Source: Catajapyx aquilonaris (lineage: Eukaryota). Taken from it: a stretch of DNA of 64,000 bases. Below, piece after piece: positions 53,001 through 64,000 of this stretch; within the stretch, counting starts at the first letter, position 1; every line of letters starts with the position of its first letter. Location: NCBI GenBank assembly GCA_000934665.2, contig JYFJ02000400.1:1-64000 (forward strand). Reading direction: 5' to 3'. A program made the position numbers and the translations under genes. The notes under the pieces were generated by a model. It made no database searches. It was given only the letters and a program-made list of their open reading frames with translations, and was not told the DNA's origin.

Positions 53001-56000
53001 GCTGAAACCATTCAAGCGAGACAAGCCTGAAGAGGAGAAGCCAGAACCAGTGAAGCTGAAGCCGTTCCAGAGGGAAAAGCCTGAAGAAGAAAAGCCAGAA
53101 CCAGTGAAGCTGAAGCCCTTCCAGAGGGAAAAGCCTGAGGAGGAAAAGCCTGAACCTGTGAAGCTGAAGCCTTTCAAAGTGGAGAAACCGGAAGAGGAAA
53201 AGCCTGAACCTGTAAAATTGAAGCCATTCCAGCGGGAAAAGCCTGAAGAAGAAAAACCCGAGCCCGTGGCACTGAAACCAGTTCGCCAGATTCCAAAACC
53301 GGAAGAAGAAAAGCCTGAACAGGTTCAGCTGAAGCCTGTGAAGCGTGAAAAGCCCGAAGAAGAGAAACCTGAACCTGTGAAGCTGAAGCCAGTCGTTCAA
53401 GAAAAGAAACCTGAAGAGCCCAAACGTGAGGAGGTTCAGCTGAAGCCAGTTCCAAAGGAGGAAGAAAAGCCAAAGGAAGCTCCATGGAGGAGGGCACCAG
53501 TCGAGAAGGAATTTGTTCGAGTGGAAGAGGAGCAGGAAGAGGTTGTTGTCACTGCTCAGGTCACTGAAGTCAAAGAAGAGGTGGTTCTGAAGCCAAAGGC
53601 TGTTGAAAAGCCTGAGCTTGAACCGGTACAAATCACTGAAGCTCCAGAGGAGGTCAGGCAAGCTGAAGTGTCTACAACGGAAGTGGTGCTCAAGACTGTA
53701 GAGAAGAAGGAGAAGAAGCCGGAGCCGGAAGAGAAGCCCAAACTTCCATGGCAACGGGGAGTTAGGGTCGACAGCCAGGTCAGGAAGGAAGAGGTCGTTG
53801 AGATAAGGGAAGAGGTGACTCCGGTTGTGGTGGCTCAAAAGACAGAGGTTGTGGAGAAGCGTAAGAAGGTGGTGAAGAAGCATGTGGAGAGAGGAGTGGC
53901 TCCACGTTTCACCAAGAAAGTGCAGCCGCAGATCACTACAGTCACCAGCACTGTGAGGTTCCAGGCGCAGGTGGAAGGAGAGCCATTCCCTGAAATCACA
54001 TGGTTCAAGAACGATGCGGTGATCCAGCCAAGCAGGCGGGTCTCCACATCAGTCTTTGAATCGACCGCAACCCTGGAGATAACAGAGGTGGTGGAAGATG
54101 ATGCCGGAATGTACAGCTGCAGGGCAAAGAACCCTGCCGGAACAGCAACCACCACCGCAAACCTGCTTGTCCGAGGTACATGCGTGAATCCCCACGCATG
54201 AAAATGTTGTGTCCAATGTGTGCGCATGACTCTAACTCAGCCGCCAGAACAAAAAGTGACCATTTGTGTTAATTACACACGTATTTGGTGCATAAACATG
54301 TATTTTTATCATTTTGTTGTCAAAAAGTGTGCAGTACTGAAATTACTTGGCTGACCTTGGCAGTTTTTGAGTAATCCGTGCAACCGAGCATATTGAAGAG
54401 TATGTAGTTTAAAGCATTTAGAGGACAAGCACATATTCATGTAGGAGGTAATAGGCAACAGAAATAGGTGTGATTCATAGCAGGTCCGTTTGCCAGTTTG
54501 GCTGCAAGTTCAAAGTGTTTTATATCTCTCAACAGTGTTGGGAGTACCTCGTGAAAATGCTTAATTTATTAATGAGCATGTGAGAATTTGTGATTTCACT
54601 GAGTGTGCAATGCTAACAATACTTGACGCATTCCAGGTACGCAAATGATGTAATATGCTGCCTAGTCACTTAGTTTCAGCAATTTTTTTAAAGGCACCTA
54701 CTTGAAATTTGTTGAGCCATAACAGCATTCTGCAAGTTGCGTACATTTAACAAGTACATGTAATGACTAACATGTAAGAGTGTCTGTGTTGTTGTGATTG
54801 TATTACTTTATAATCATGTGTCTTTAACATTTTTTAGCAGCCAAAGAAGTGGAAGAAGGGGAAGCACCTCACTTTACGGAGATTCTTCAGCCGATGCAGG
54901 CAAGACCTGGAGAGCGTGCCACTTTAACATGCACTGTTGTTGGTCGTCCTGCACCCATGGTTACCTGGTACTTGGGCGAGGAAAGAGTCATGCCGTCTCC
55001 ACGTCACCAGCCTCAATATGACAAAACTACAGGCCTCGCTACGCTCACTATCACTGAAGTCACGCCTCAACACGAAGCCTTCTACACCTGCCATGCCACG
55101 AATCCATATGGAAAGGCTGTATCCAAAGCTAATGTTGTGTTGGGAGAAGCACCTATTGTTAAAAAGGTGGAGCCAATGCAAGCTCCAGTCATCACAAAGC
55201 CGGTTGAGGCCCAGATTGCAAAGGTTCACTCCAGGGTTGACCTGGTAGCCGAGTTTGAAGGCAAGCCGGAACCAACTCCAAAATGGTTCATCAACGGCAA
55301 AGAGGTGAAGCCAATGGACGATGTTGACATTAAGACTGAGAAGGGAAAGACCACTTTGTCTATTGCCGATGCATTTTCAAGCGATTCAGGGAAATATGAA
55401 GTTCGGGTAACCAATGAAGCTGGAGAAGCCAGGAGCTCAGGGACTGTTCGCGTCACTGGTGAGTTGGCCCATTATTATGCTGTTCAGATGTAATGATTTT
55501 GAGGGCACTAATTTCCTCGTGTGATGATGCAGAACCAACCAAGCAGATGGCTGAGGCAGTTCCTCCCAGCTTTGTTCGTCAACTTCGACCTCTGATTGTA
55601 CCCGAAAAGGAGGTGGCTATATTGGAAGTCGTGGTCAAGTCATTCCCAACATGTTCCTTCCAGTGGTCTCTCAACTCAAAGCCTATCAAAGTATGTTAAC
55701 ATTACATATCTTTTATAGTACAGGTGTGGGCTGACCTTTCTCTAATTTTATAGCATTCCAAGGACCTCCAAATAGCGACCACAGAAAACAGATCAGTTTT
55801 GATGATCAACGAGGTCCTTTGGGAGCATGCTGGCGAATTCACCTGCAGAGCCGAGAATGTTGTCGGATCGGTGACAACCACTGCCTCCCTTAACGTAGTG
55901 AAGGAGACCCTCACCGAGGAGTTGGTGGCCCCCATTGTCACAGTGCCTCTGAAGGACCTCAAGGTCATGGATGGCGAGGAGGCACACCTCATGTGCGAGG

Positions 56001-59000
56001 TCAGTTTTCACTTGAGGAATCCTGAAGTTGAATTTTATCATATTGCTGTTTCTTGACGCAGGTACATGGGAAGCCAACTCCAAAGGTGCAGTGGCTACAC
56101 AAAGGGGAGCCAATCCGAGAGCATAAGGATTGGAAGGTGGTGCATGGTACCCAGGGTGTCTGCGAGATGGTCATTGCAGAGGTGTTCCCAGAAGATTCTG
56201 GAGAATATGCCTGCGTCGCCACCAACAAGGTGGGCGAGGCCATCACAGTGGCCAGCCTGTCAGTCGAACGTGAGTGTATCATCAGCATATGCACAAAGGG
56301 CTGTCTTACCAAAATGTGGTCTTGCAACTTTCAGCGTATGAGTACGTTCCAGACTCGGAAAGTGCTTCAAGAACGGCAGGAACTGACGAAGCAGATGTCA
56401 CCAGTCCGAGTTCAGAGGAGGAATTGCCAGCTGAGAAGGTGCGTTTGAAAGATGGAAAAGCATAGGGCTGACATAATCAACCTCTATTGTTGTTTGGTTC
56501 ATTTGTAGGAAGTATCATCAGAAGAAGAGGAAGTTGGCACGGCCCCTGTATTTGTCCGTAGGCTGCCAAGTGTCACCAATGTTAATGACGGAGAGCCTGC
56601 CAGGTAAATATTTTATGGCTCTGCAGTATACGCAGTAAATTACATGTTTTTCTGTCATGCCAGATTCGAAGTCAAGGCAGAGGGTCGTCCAAAGCCACAA
56701 GTTAAGTGGTACCACCAGAGCAAACCTATTGAGCCCACCGAGGAATTCCAAGTTGATGATTATGAAGACGGAACCTCAATACTTAACGTCAAGGAAGTTT
56801 TCCCTGACGATGCAGGGGAAGTTCTGTGTACAGCACAGAACCCTGTTGGTGTTGACACCACCGTCACTGAGGTTCTGGTTCACGGTGAGTCGCTGGAAGA
56901 AATATCAATTGGCCCATGTCATCGTATGAAGCTAAATATATGCATATTTTTCCTCCACATTCTAGGTGTTTCAGGAACTGCCAGTTGTAACACACAAACA
57001 CCCACACATATACATTACACAATGCCAAGTGTCTGTTTTTCAGAAAAGTGTGCTAATTATTTACATGTTTTTCAACAGGTTGCAATCCATAGCTGGTTCA
57101 TCCGCTGAACTACTTTTACGACAGGAGATGGAAATGGTAGCGTTCACTCATTATGTTACGGAATGAGACATTGCTGTGAGCTTCAACAATGTCCATTGCA
57201 TAAATGAGTGCTCTACTTTTTTCATTCCTTCTGTAAACAAGTCCAGCTTTGGATGAGCCAGCTATAATTTGCAATTATTTTGCAGTTCAGTGTGTTAATT
57301 GAGTATGCAATTTTTGCCACCCTTCAGAGTACTTGGGCACCAAGGAGTACCGCAAGCCTGATTGGGTGACGAAGATGGAGGAACTGAAGTCAACACGTAC
57401 AGGTAAAGGCTCTCATGCACGCCCACGCATGAGCTCCTCTTCGTGCTCGTCCATGTCTGTAGACAGCCTAGAATTGCATGCCTCACGTCGTGCATCTGAA
57501 GTGACCTCCACAAAAACGACTTTGGAGATTAGACGTGTGAGAGTGCCTGCAGCTGAAGCGATGACTGATTACCTTCAGCACCATCGCCGATCAATAAACG
57601 AAGCCATTGAGGCCTTAACACCTCAAACTGGAGCAAGACCCAAATCAAAAATACCTATCCCATCTCGGAAGTCAAAGTCACTTCCCACCTCACTAAAAGC
57701 TGAGGACTTCCCGACAGAACCAAGGGAAATCGACCCCTTTTCACTCCCGATGCTTCACACCGCAGACAGCAATGAAGAGCTTCAGGAGTTCCTTCTTCTC
57801 GAGAGCCAGTGCATGGACGACTCTGAGTCACGCGGCTTTAACGACGATCGCATGTCATGTTAACCTAGTCCCATTGTGTGCATAATAGTAGTGGCATGCA
57901 AGACTAATAACACTGTCAGGTGGGTGTGCCTTCCTTTATCTGATGTTGCAGCTTGATTTAGCCGACTTGTTCATTTCCAGTCGTGAAACAAGCACCAATC
58001 TTCACCCAGCAAATTGTGGACATGAGGGCAAAGGAGACGGAAACTGTCACACTTGAATGCAAGTTCAGCGGGACACCAACGCCAGGTAAATTTATTTGTT
58101 GCACAACAGTCACAACTCATGCATCCAAAAATGGTATGTTTAACGTCACCAAATACTGTGTACTTTTCAGAAATTGCATGGTACAGGAACGACATACTCC
58201 TCACCAACTCAAAGCAGATCCAGATCAGAATTCTGGAAGACAAGACAACCTTGACACTGGTTCATGTAACTCCGGACATGCAGGGCGAGTATGTTTGCAA
58301 GGCCACCAACGAAGAAGGCGTCCAGATCACCAGGGCTTATTTGTACGTGGAAGAGCTGACCACAGAGGAGAGGTCAAGGAAGATTGTGAAAACGACCGTG
58401 GTGGAAGAGACGAGAGTGACCAGGAGGAGAAAGCCGAAGAAGGAAGTTGAAGAAAGGTCAGTGCCCACTTATTTCGAATTCTCTATTCACCGATTATATG
58501 GCAGGTATTTTTATTGGGTGCTAGTGATGTAAACGGGTGTATTAAAGTGAATGTTATATTTTGAGTAGCACTGTGGAGTACCAGGAAACTGAAGACATAA
58601 CACTGCTGCGGGCTAGAAGGAAGATAGAGGAGGATGCCAGGAGACTTGCGAAGAAAGCAGTGGAGGTCACTGAAGTCACCGAAGAAGAGAAGGTGGGGAA
58701 GCTCAAGAAGGTCAAACCAGAAGAGGTGAGTCTTGCACCTGTAGCTGGTTTGTTATCAGTCAGGTTGCTTTCAACGTCTCTCATTTTATGGTGAATTCAG
58801 ATATGTAAATTGTTTGTACTTGTAGCAACGTAAGGATTTGGCCTTTGCATGAGTCCGATTGACAATGAAGAGATGTTGAAAGCACATTAATTTTTCTATA
58901 TGTGTCCATATTTCCCCCCACAATTTGGTCACCGTAATCATTGCCCACACATTTCCTGTCAACAAAAATTCAAACATCATAAGCCACATATCCTAAATCA

Positions 59001-62000
59001 TAGGGTTTAACCAGTACACAAGAAACACAGTTATCAAACATGTGGGGAACACAAATTCTTGCAGACAGTGGCCGAACCCAAAGCAACTCCAACCATGACT
59101 GCAGAGGTGACAGAGACAAGGCCAGAGCAGCCTCTGGATCAACTCGTACAGCCAAAAAAGCCAGAGAAGGTTCGCGCAGAGAGAAAGGTGTCCTTCCAAG
59201 AGCCGTTGACAGTGTCCGAGGTTAAGCATGAGGCCGAGGTGGCCACTATGGAGGAAAAGAGGAGAACAGTAGTGACCGCCGAACGCAGGTGGTCATCCAG
59301 AGAGTCTGTGACAGTCCAGCAGGTTCAGCCGGAAATGCAAACAGAGGGACTTACGAGGGAATTCCCTGAAGCCAAAGCACGACCTTCAGAACAAGGTGTG
59401 CAAGAGGCAGTCACTGTTGAAACTATCATGACCCAGGTCAAACCAGGTGACCTCAGGAGGTTCACACCGAGAACAGAGGAAGCAACAGTGGACTTGAGCA
59501 CTATTGAATCACTCTACGTAGAAGAGGTGATGCAGCAACTGTCCACAAGACCATTTGGACCAGGAGAGAAACCCATGAGGGAAATGGCAAAGATTGGCTT
59601 TTTGATGACCCAGGGAGTAACCGTAGTTGAGATTCAGGAGATGTTTGACACTGGAAGGTTCCCTGCTCTGAGGACACCCGAAGCCGAGAGGGCTATGGTA
59701 CACCTGGTGGAGCGGGTTGGGTACAGTCCTCTCGTCACACAGGTACACAGCAACATGCTAGTCCCAATGGCCCACTATCGCATGGGAGCCCAAAAAACTA
59801 TTTTTTCAGTTTTTCAACAACCCGAATTCTGGCTTACTCTTGTTTTACACTCACACATGATCCTTACAACACACTGTTTTCAGTTTTTCAACAACCCGAA
59901 TTCTGGCTTACTCTTGTTTTACACTCACACATGATGCTTACAACACACTGTTTTCATTTTTTACCCCTTGATTGTCACCATGCTTCACATTTTAATACCA
60001 CACTACCATTCATAAAACCCTATACCTCATTATGAAATATCAAAATGGCACTGTTTTCAATAATTGAAACTTTTGCAGGCGCACGACCTGACTCTGCACC
60101 TTTCAACTGCCCTTTCCGCTTACCTCTACGCCTCTCTGAGACGGCAGCAATAATTTCTACCCCACACCAATGACATTCATTCATTATATTACATCACAGC
60201 ATAATCCCAGCAACGACTAGTGTGTACACATAGCAGTCTCGTATGACCATTACAATGAATTACACTATTCGTTGCTGGCTACCCCATTTCTGGGATTATG
60301 CTGTGATGTAATGAATAACGAATGAATGAACCAATAACATGTTCAACATGACACTTCTGTCCCAAACTGCCACATTAAACATTTCACACGCTTATAATCA
60401 ACCTTAACATGAAGTCAAATTTAATTTACCAGGCCCATAAACAGAATTAGGACCTGAGCACCATTAATTTCTTACTGAACGAGAAACTTTTGCTTACCAT
60501 TTGAGTGGTGCGTTCCTTGGCATTTCGGTGAACAGGATGGTAATTCATATTTCACTCTGGCAGGTGCGAGCGGAGGAGGTGATAACTCGCCGGAAGTCAA
60601 CTTCAACTGGGTTCAAGGCTCTTATGAAGATGGTGGAGGTTCACCCGGTAAGAGTTGAGGAGGTTATGACACAGATGCAGCCTGAAGACTTCATAACCAG
60701 CGCAGTCGAAACCACAACTAGTCAGGTGACACAACAGACCAGGGCTGGGATGGTGGTGCAGGAAGTTCAGGTCCAGACTGGCACCGTGCCACTGGAGGTA
60801 GACCGCACAAAGACTGACACTGCCACCATGAGACTCACCCACACACAGGAGTCCGCACAGGTCAGAAACCCAACGGAAAATATCCACCCTCAACTCTCAT
60901 ACTCATGCAGAGAAATGCACATTCATAGATTACCTACTGTCAAACAGTTCACATAACTTATGCAATGCACATTAGCTACATTACATTTATTATTGCAAGT
61001 ATTACGTCGCAAAAGGCACAGACGAAAATGCCATCTGTTATTATGTTGAAGGCATAACTTTTGTTTCGATGTAGGTGATGCAAACCGAGACCCAGATTGG
61101 ACTTGGTCGTGTGACCAGGCAGAAGGTGACACAGGAGACGGGACAAGTGACAACCACGGAGGAGTTCCAGAAGGCTACTGTGGAAGAAGCAAGACATTTT
61201 CTCAGCAAAGGTCAGTGCAGGAGAAGAACTTGTGCCGTGCGTGGTTAGTTCCCCGTAACTACTTGTTGTTAGCATTTCATTCACTTAGCTACTTGTTTCA
61301 CATTATGCTGAAGTAATAAGCTATTACCAAAATGTGTTGTAAATATTGTATCTAATGTTATGTCTGCATAGTGTATTTAAAGTCATCACGTTGCATTTAC
61401 ATTAGCTTATTTTGATAGTCCTTTGTATTCAGTTTTCCTCTTCTTTTTTTATTTTTTATTGTTTCCTTGTTTTGTTTGTGTTTTTTGTTTGCCCCTGAAA
61501 TTATTTCATGTGAATAAAATTGACATTTCCCCCATTTTCTTGTAGACTAATTATTATTTCATTGCACCTGCTAACAATCCCATTCCCATTTCTTTTGTTA
61601 TGCAGTACCGTAGTTATTGGACATTCATGTGACCTTGATGTGTGCAGTATCGTTTGTTCATTTATTTACATGCCATGATCAATTTCAGTACATGTATTTT
61701 GTGCTGCAACAACATAAATAACATGCCTTGTTTGCAAAATCTTTTAGAATTGACGAAGAAGATGCGTCTTCTGAAGGCGACAGAAAAGGAGTTGGAAGGT
61801 AGGAATTTTGACTATCACAGTTTAGTTAACTTATTTAGGTCATTTTATTTCTTGATTAAAATCTTGCCAATGAAGTTTACTACATTCTGATAATTTGGAA
61901 TATTCATCATGGAAAGATTGATACAAATTTGAGATAGTTTGTATTTAAATATTTACTCATATGTCCTGCTTCTTATTTTTATTTTATGCATGGTAGGCTG

Positions 62001-64000
62001 TAAGAACATGATTCTTTATCATTTCAAATGCAACTCTATATTTCTTAGCATGTGTTTATTTTGGTACCATTATAATTTCCTGCTAGATAATTTGGGGGTT
62101 GTCATTCCCATTTAAGTTATTAACCCTTCGTTGCAGCTATTTTTATTTCAGTTTAAAATAATTTTTATGATTTTGTATCGACTGGTTTGATCTCCATAAC
62201 AACTGCTTCTCAATGGAATACTACACTTATTTATGATTTATTGTAACACTTTACACATTCCTCCCCCTGAATCAATGCATTTTCGAAATGTATTCCCTGC
62301 GTTTGCACTCGCAAGGATTTTGTTGGCAAGATGACCTGCACATCCGCGTTACTTTATTCACACCAACTAAACGCACAATCCTCACTCTGTTATTCACCGA
62401 ACATCTCTCATGCATCTGTCTTGTAGAATACTGTGCGCCCTTCTTCCACATTAGCATACCTAGCTCATCTAGTTACCATAACAAACTTTATGCTTCAGCC
62501 TAGGGCTAATTACCCAGCCTTACCGACATAGCCTGAAACTTAGCAAACACTTACAACCTAACATTGTGCTCAACCAGAGTCCCCATATATAAAAATACGC
62601 ATTTACTTCCTTATATGTGATATACGATAAATGCTTACTGTACAGTAGATCCGAACTCTGACTCACTTTTACTATCCGTAATAATATTGCACTCTAACGA
62701 TACCAGTATATATCATTCCAAACTTATAAATACCCCCAGTAATTAAGCATTGCATGGACAAGTACTGTGCCATAGTGCGAAATTGAGAAGCCAATAGACC
62801 CTTCACAAGCTTTAAAGCCATAATTGCAATGCTCCTTAGTCTGCAGATAACAATATTTTCACACTCATCAAAAATCACCAAATGCACCAACATTTTCCAA
62901 TCCTTCGTACATAACAGCATTTACCTCAAAAAAAAAAAACTTTACATGTGTCCATAATTACTGTACTACCTGCAACACAATGCACCTATTTTTACCAGAT
63001 TACCATGCATTACACAACACATTTACTTCTGCATTTTCAATATAACACTGAAATGTTCTCTGTTCTGGTTTATTTTATTTTTCAATTTTACAATTTGGAA
63101 CTTTTATTTGTATGGCGCTTCATGAAATATTGTGAACTGAGCATTTTTTTTTCATTTCCAAATATTTTTCTGTACATTTGTTCATGAAATTTTGCACACT
63201 GAATGACTTGGAATTACTTTTGGTTTGAGCCAGCAAACATTATGTATTTTTATGAAGATATTTTTTTTGAAGCAATCAGTTAGTTACATGTAGGCCTACG
63301 TACTCTCAATATTTGACATCTATTTGGTTAAACTTTTGTTTTTGAGTTGGTGGACTATTATTATCAGCTTTTTTGCATGGCTTGAACCAAAGTAACTTAT
63401 CAAATCACTTTTTGAATTCCTTAAATTTTTTTTCTTACATAATTTTTGTGAATTATGTGCCAAGCTGGCCATTCAATTGTGAGCAAAATTTTCGGATCAA
63501 ATATTATTCAAAGGTGTAATATTTTTATCAAATCCATTTTTATTTGATTTTTATTTTAAGTTCAACAAGATTTTGTTACAACCCTCCCACCTTCCCCCCA
63601 TGATATCGCTTGCTTATAAAACACTGCTAATGGATGGCTTGTGGGACTGGATAAGCTGCAAGTGTGCAACGTCACCTTTTCTTCACAACTTCCAGTTTTG
63701 CTTTCTTTTTTCGTCTTTATCATTTCTGCTACTGCCTTGGCCCACTAATTACAAGTGCTGAAGAGAACCAAGGTTTAAGTTTTTCTGCCATGTGTCTTGA
63801 TTTCTACAGAAGAAAAGCTGCATGAATGGGAGTCTCCAGTGGAGGCAGTGAAGCCTCAGTACACAGAAGAAAGTGTAGACACTGCCAAGGGACGCGAAGA
63901 AAAGCCTCAAGTACTCAAGGACGCTGACCTTCGAAGGCCTGAAAAGCCTGAAGAGCTCAAAGGGTTACAAATAATTGACAGAGGAGTTAAAATTGAGGAG
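14078..64000 (+). CDS. sls: sallimus (D-titin / I-connectin family), long isoform, 3'-truncated by the window edge
   Basis: Kettin exons to 44058, then phase-consistent exons 49535-54175, 54838/54841-55458, 55533-55690, 55754-55999, 56062-56269, 56335-56438, 56509-56603, 56664-56884, 57328-57402, 57981-58085, 58171-58456, 58569-58725, 59065-59742, 60564-60860, 61075-61210, 61748-61798, 63810->64000. They encode PEVK sequence, further I-set Ig domains and E/V/T-rich segments. Confidence 0.92.
14846..14855. promoter_or_regulatory. MEF2 consensus site in the first sls intron
   Basis: CTATATTTAG matches YTA(A/T)4TAR and sits in a G-rich context. Another match, TTAAAAATAG, is at 11755-11764. Short motif, may be chance. 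Confidence 0.35.
17165..17198 (+). CDS. sls: 34-nt microexon of sls (VQGMVLQAPGQL)
   Basis: Strong acceptor ctctttcatttcag and donor TT|GTAAGT. It converts phase 1 to phase 2, exactly bridging exon 1 and the exon at 19343. Confidence 0.85.
24750..24871. mobile_element. Small MITE-like element, PIF/Harbinger(Tourist)-like ends, intronic
   Basis: Terminal inverted repeats GGCCGCGTTTACATGT ... ACATGTAAACGCAGCC (1 mismatch), flanked by TTA / TGA (degenerate 3-bp target duplication). No coding capacity. Confidence 0.5.
37468..37527 (+). other. 60-nt GC-AG intron
   Basis: CAG|GCAAGT ... ttttactcacag|GTT. Removing it restores PPKFITQ-VESLGV in Ig domain 29. Confidence 0.85.
44785..45008 (+). terminator. 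Candidate kettin polyadenylation signals within the intron of the long isoform
   Basis: AATAAA at 44785-44790 and 45003-45008 in an AU-rich 3'UTR-like tract after the stop at 44067-44069. Confidence 0.45.
48423..48748 (+). promoter_or_regulatory. Muscle-type motif cluster (candidate internal promoter or enhancer)
   Basis: CRE TGACGTCA 48423-48430, Inr-like CATTAGTC 48435-48442, E-box CATGTG 48611-48616, MEF2 CTAAATATAG 48654-48663, CArG CCTTATATGG 48739-48748. Confidence 0.45.
49535..54175 (+). CDS. sls: Giant 4641-nt PEVK exon ending in one Ig domain (phase 1-1)
   Basis: Acceptor ttgactttcag at 49533-49534 is in frame with ORF 49705..54201. P/E/V/K-rich repeats, then APRFTKKVQP..DAGMYSCRAKN. 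Donor CGA G|GTACAT. Confidence 0.92.
52700..53460 (+). repeat. Coding PEVK tandem array of about 54-nt units (EEKPEPVKLKPFQREKPE) with a 162-nt higher-order duplication
   Basis: Repeated aagctgaagcc/gaaaagcctgaa. The string atcacacgcgag recurs at 52741 and 52903. Confidence 0.9.
59807..59954. repeat. Intronic 74-bp tandem duplication
   Basis: 59807-59880 and 59881-59954 are identical except tgatcc/tgatgc. Confidence 0.92.
60174..60328. repeat. Intronic long inverted repeat / hairpin
   Basis: Perfect 23-bp arms, ATTACATCACAGCATAATCCCAG (60188-60210) and CTGGGATTATGCTGTGATGTAAT (60290-60312), with extra outer and inner pairing. Confidence 0.85.
61748..61798 (+). CDS. sls: 51-nt symmetric (phase 1-1) sls exon ELTKKMRLLKATEKELE
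   Basis: Acceptor cttttag, donor GAA G|GTAGGA. Purine-rich island in AT-rich intron, in phase with both neighbours. Confidence 0.7.

Noticed and set aside
49740..53460. Regularly spaced repeats that might suggest a CRISPR-like array
   Set aside because: Units are multiples of 3, vary at synonymous sites, lack unique spacers and lie in one open frame of a spliced eukaryotic gene.
52798..53883. 361-aa minus-strand ORF and other antisense ORFs over the PEVK, proline-rich and Ig exons (e.g. 2047-2619, 31487-32167, 51490-52113)
   Set aside because: These are antisense shadows of repetitive or biased + strand codons. The products are low-complexity F/L/R or G/S/T strings with no independent gene structure.
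61800..63800. Short ORFs in the final AT-rich intron
   Set aside because: Low-complexity, intron-like composition, and no convincing exon boundaries found.

Overview
Eukaryotic (arthropod-like) genomic DNA, occupied almost entirely by one + strand muscle titin-family locus. It is not a prokaryotic region. Bases 1-8110 hold the 3' exons of a zormin-like Ig/proline-rich protein. After about 6 kb of non-coding DNA, sallimus (sls, D-titin/kettin/I-connectin family) starts at ATG 14078. I traced 56 coding exons by hand with consistent phases (15,021 nt, about 5,006 aa, 35 Ig domains) to a kettin-type stop at 44067-44069. An overlapping splice donor there continues into the long titin isoform: a 4.6-kb PEVK exon, further Ig exons and E/V/T-rich exons running off the window. 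The most interesting signals concern isoform control. Several exons can either splice on or read through to a stop, all via phase-1 donors. A 34-nt microexon is needed to keep the frame. An internal donor could delete the whole PEVK spring. There is an unannotated-looking 153-aa alternative C-terminus, a muscle-type motif cluster (MEF2/CArG/CRE) suggesting an internal promoter, a GC-AG intron, intronic hairpins and a small MITE. Gene names rest on my recollection of the Drosophila proteins; no database search was run.
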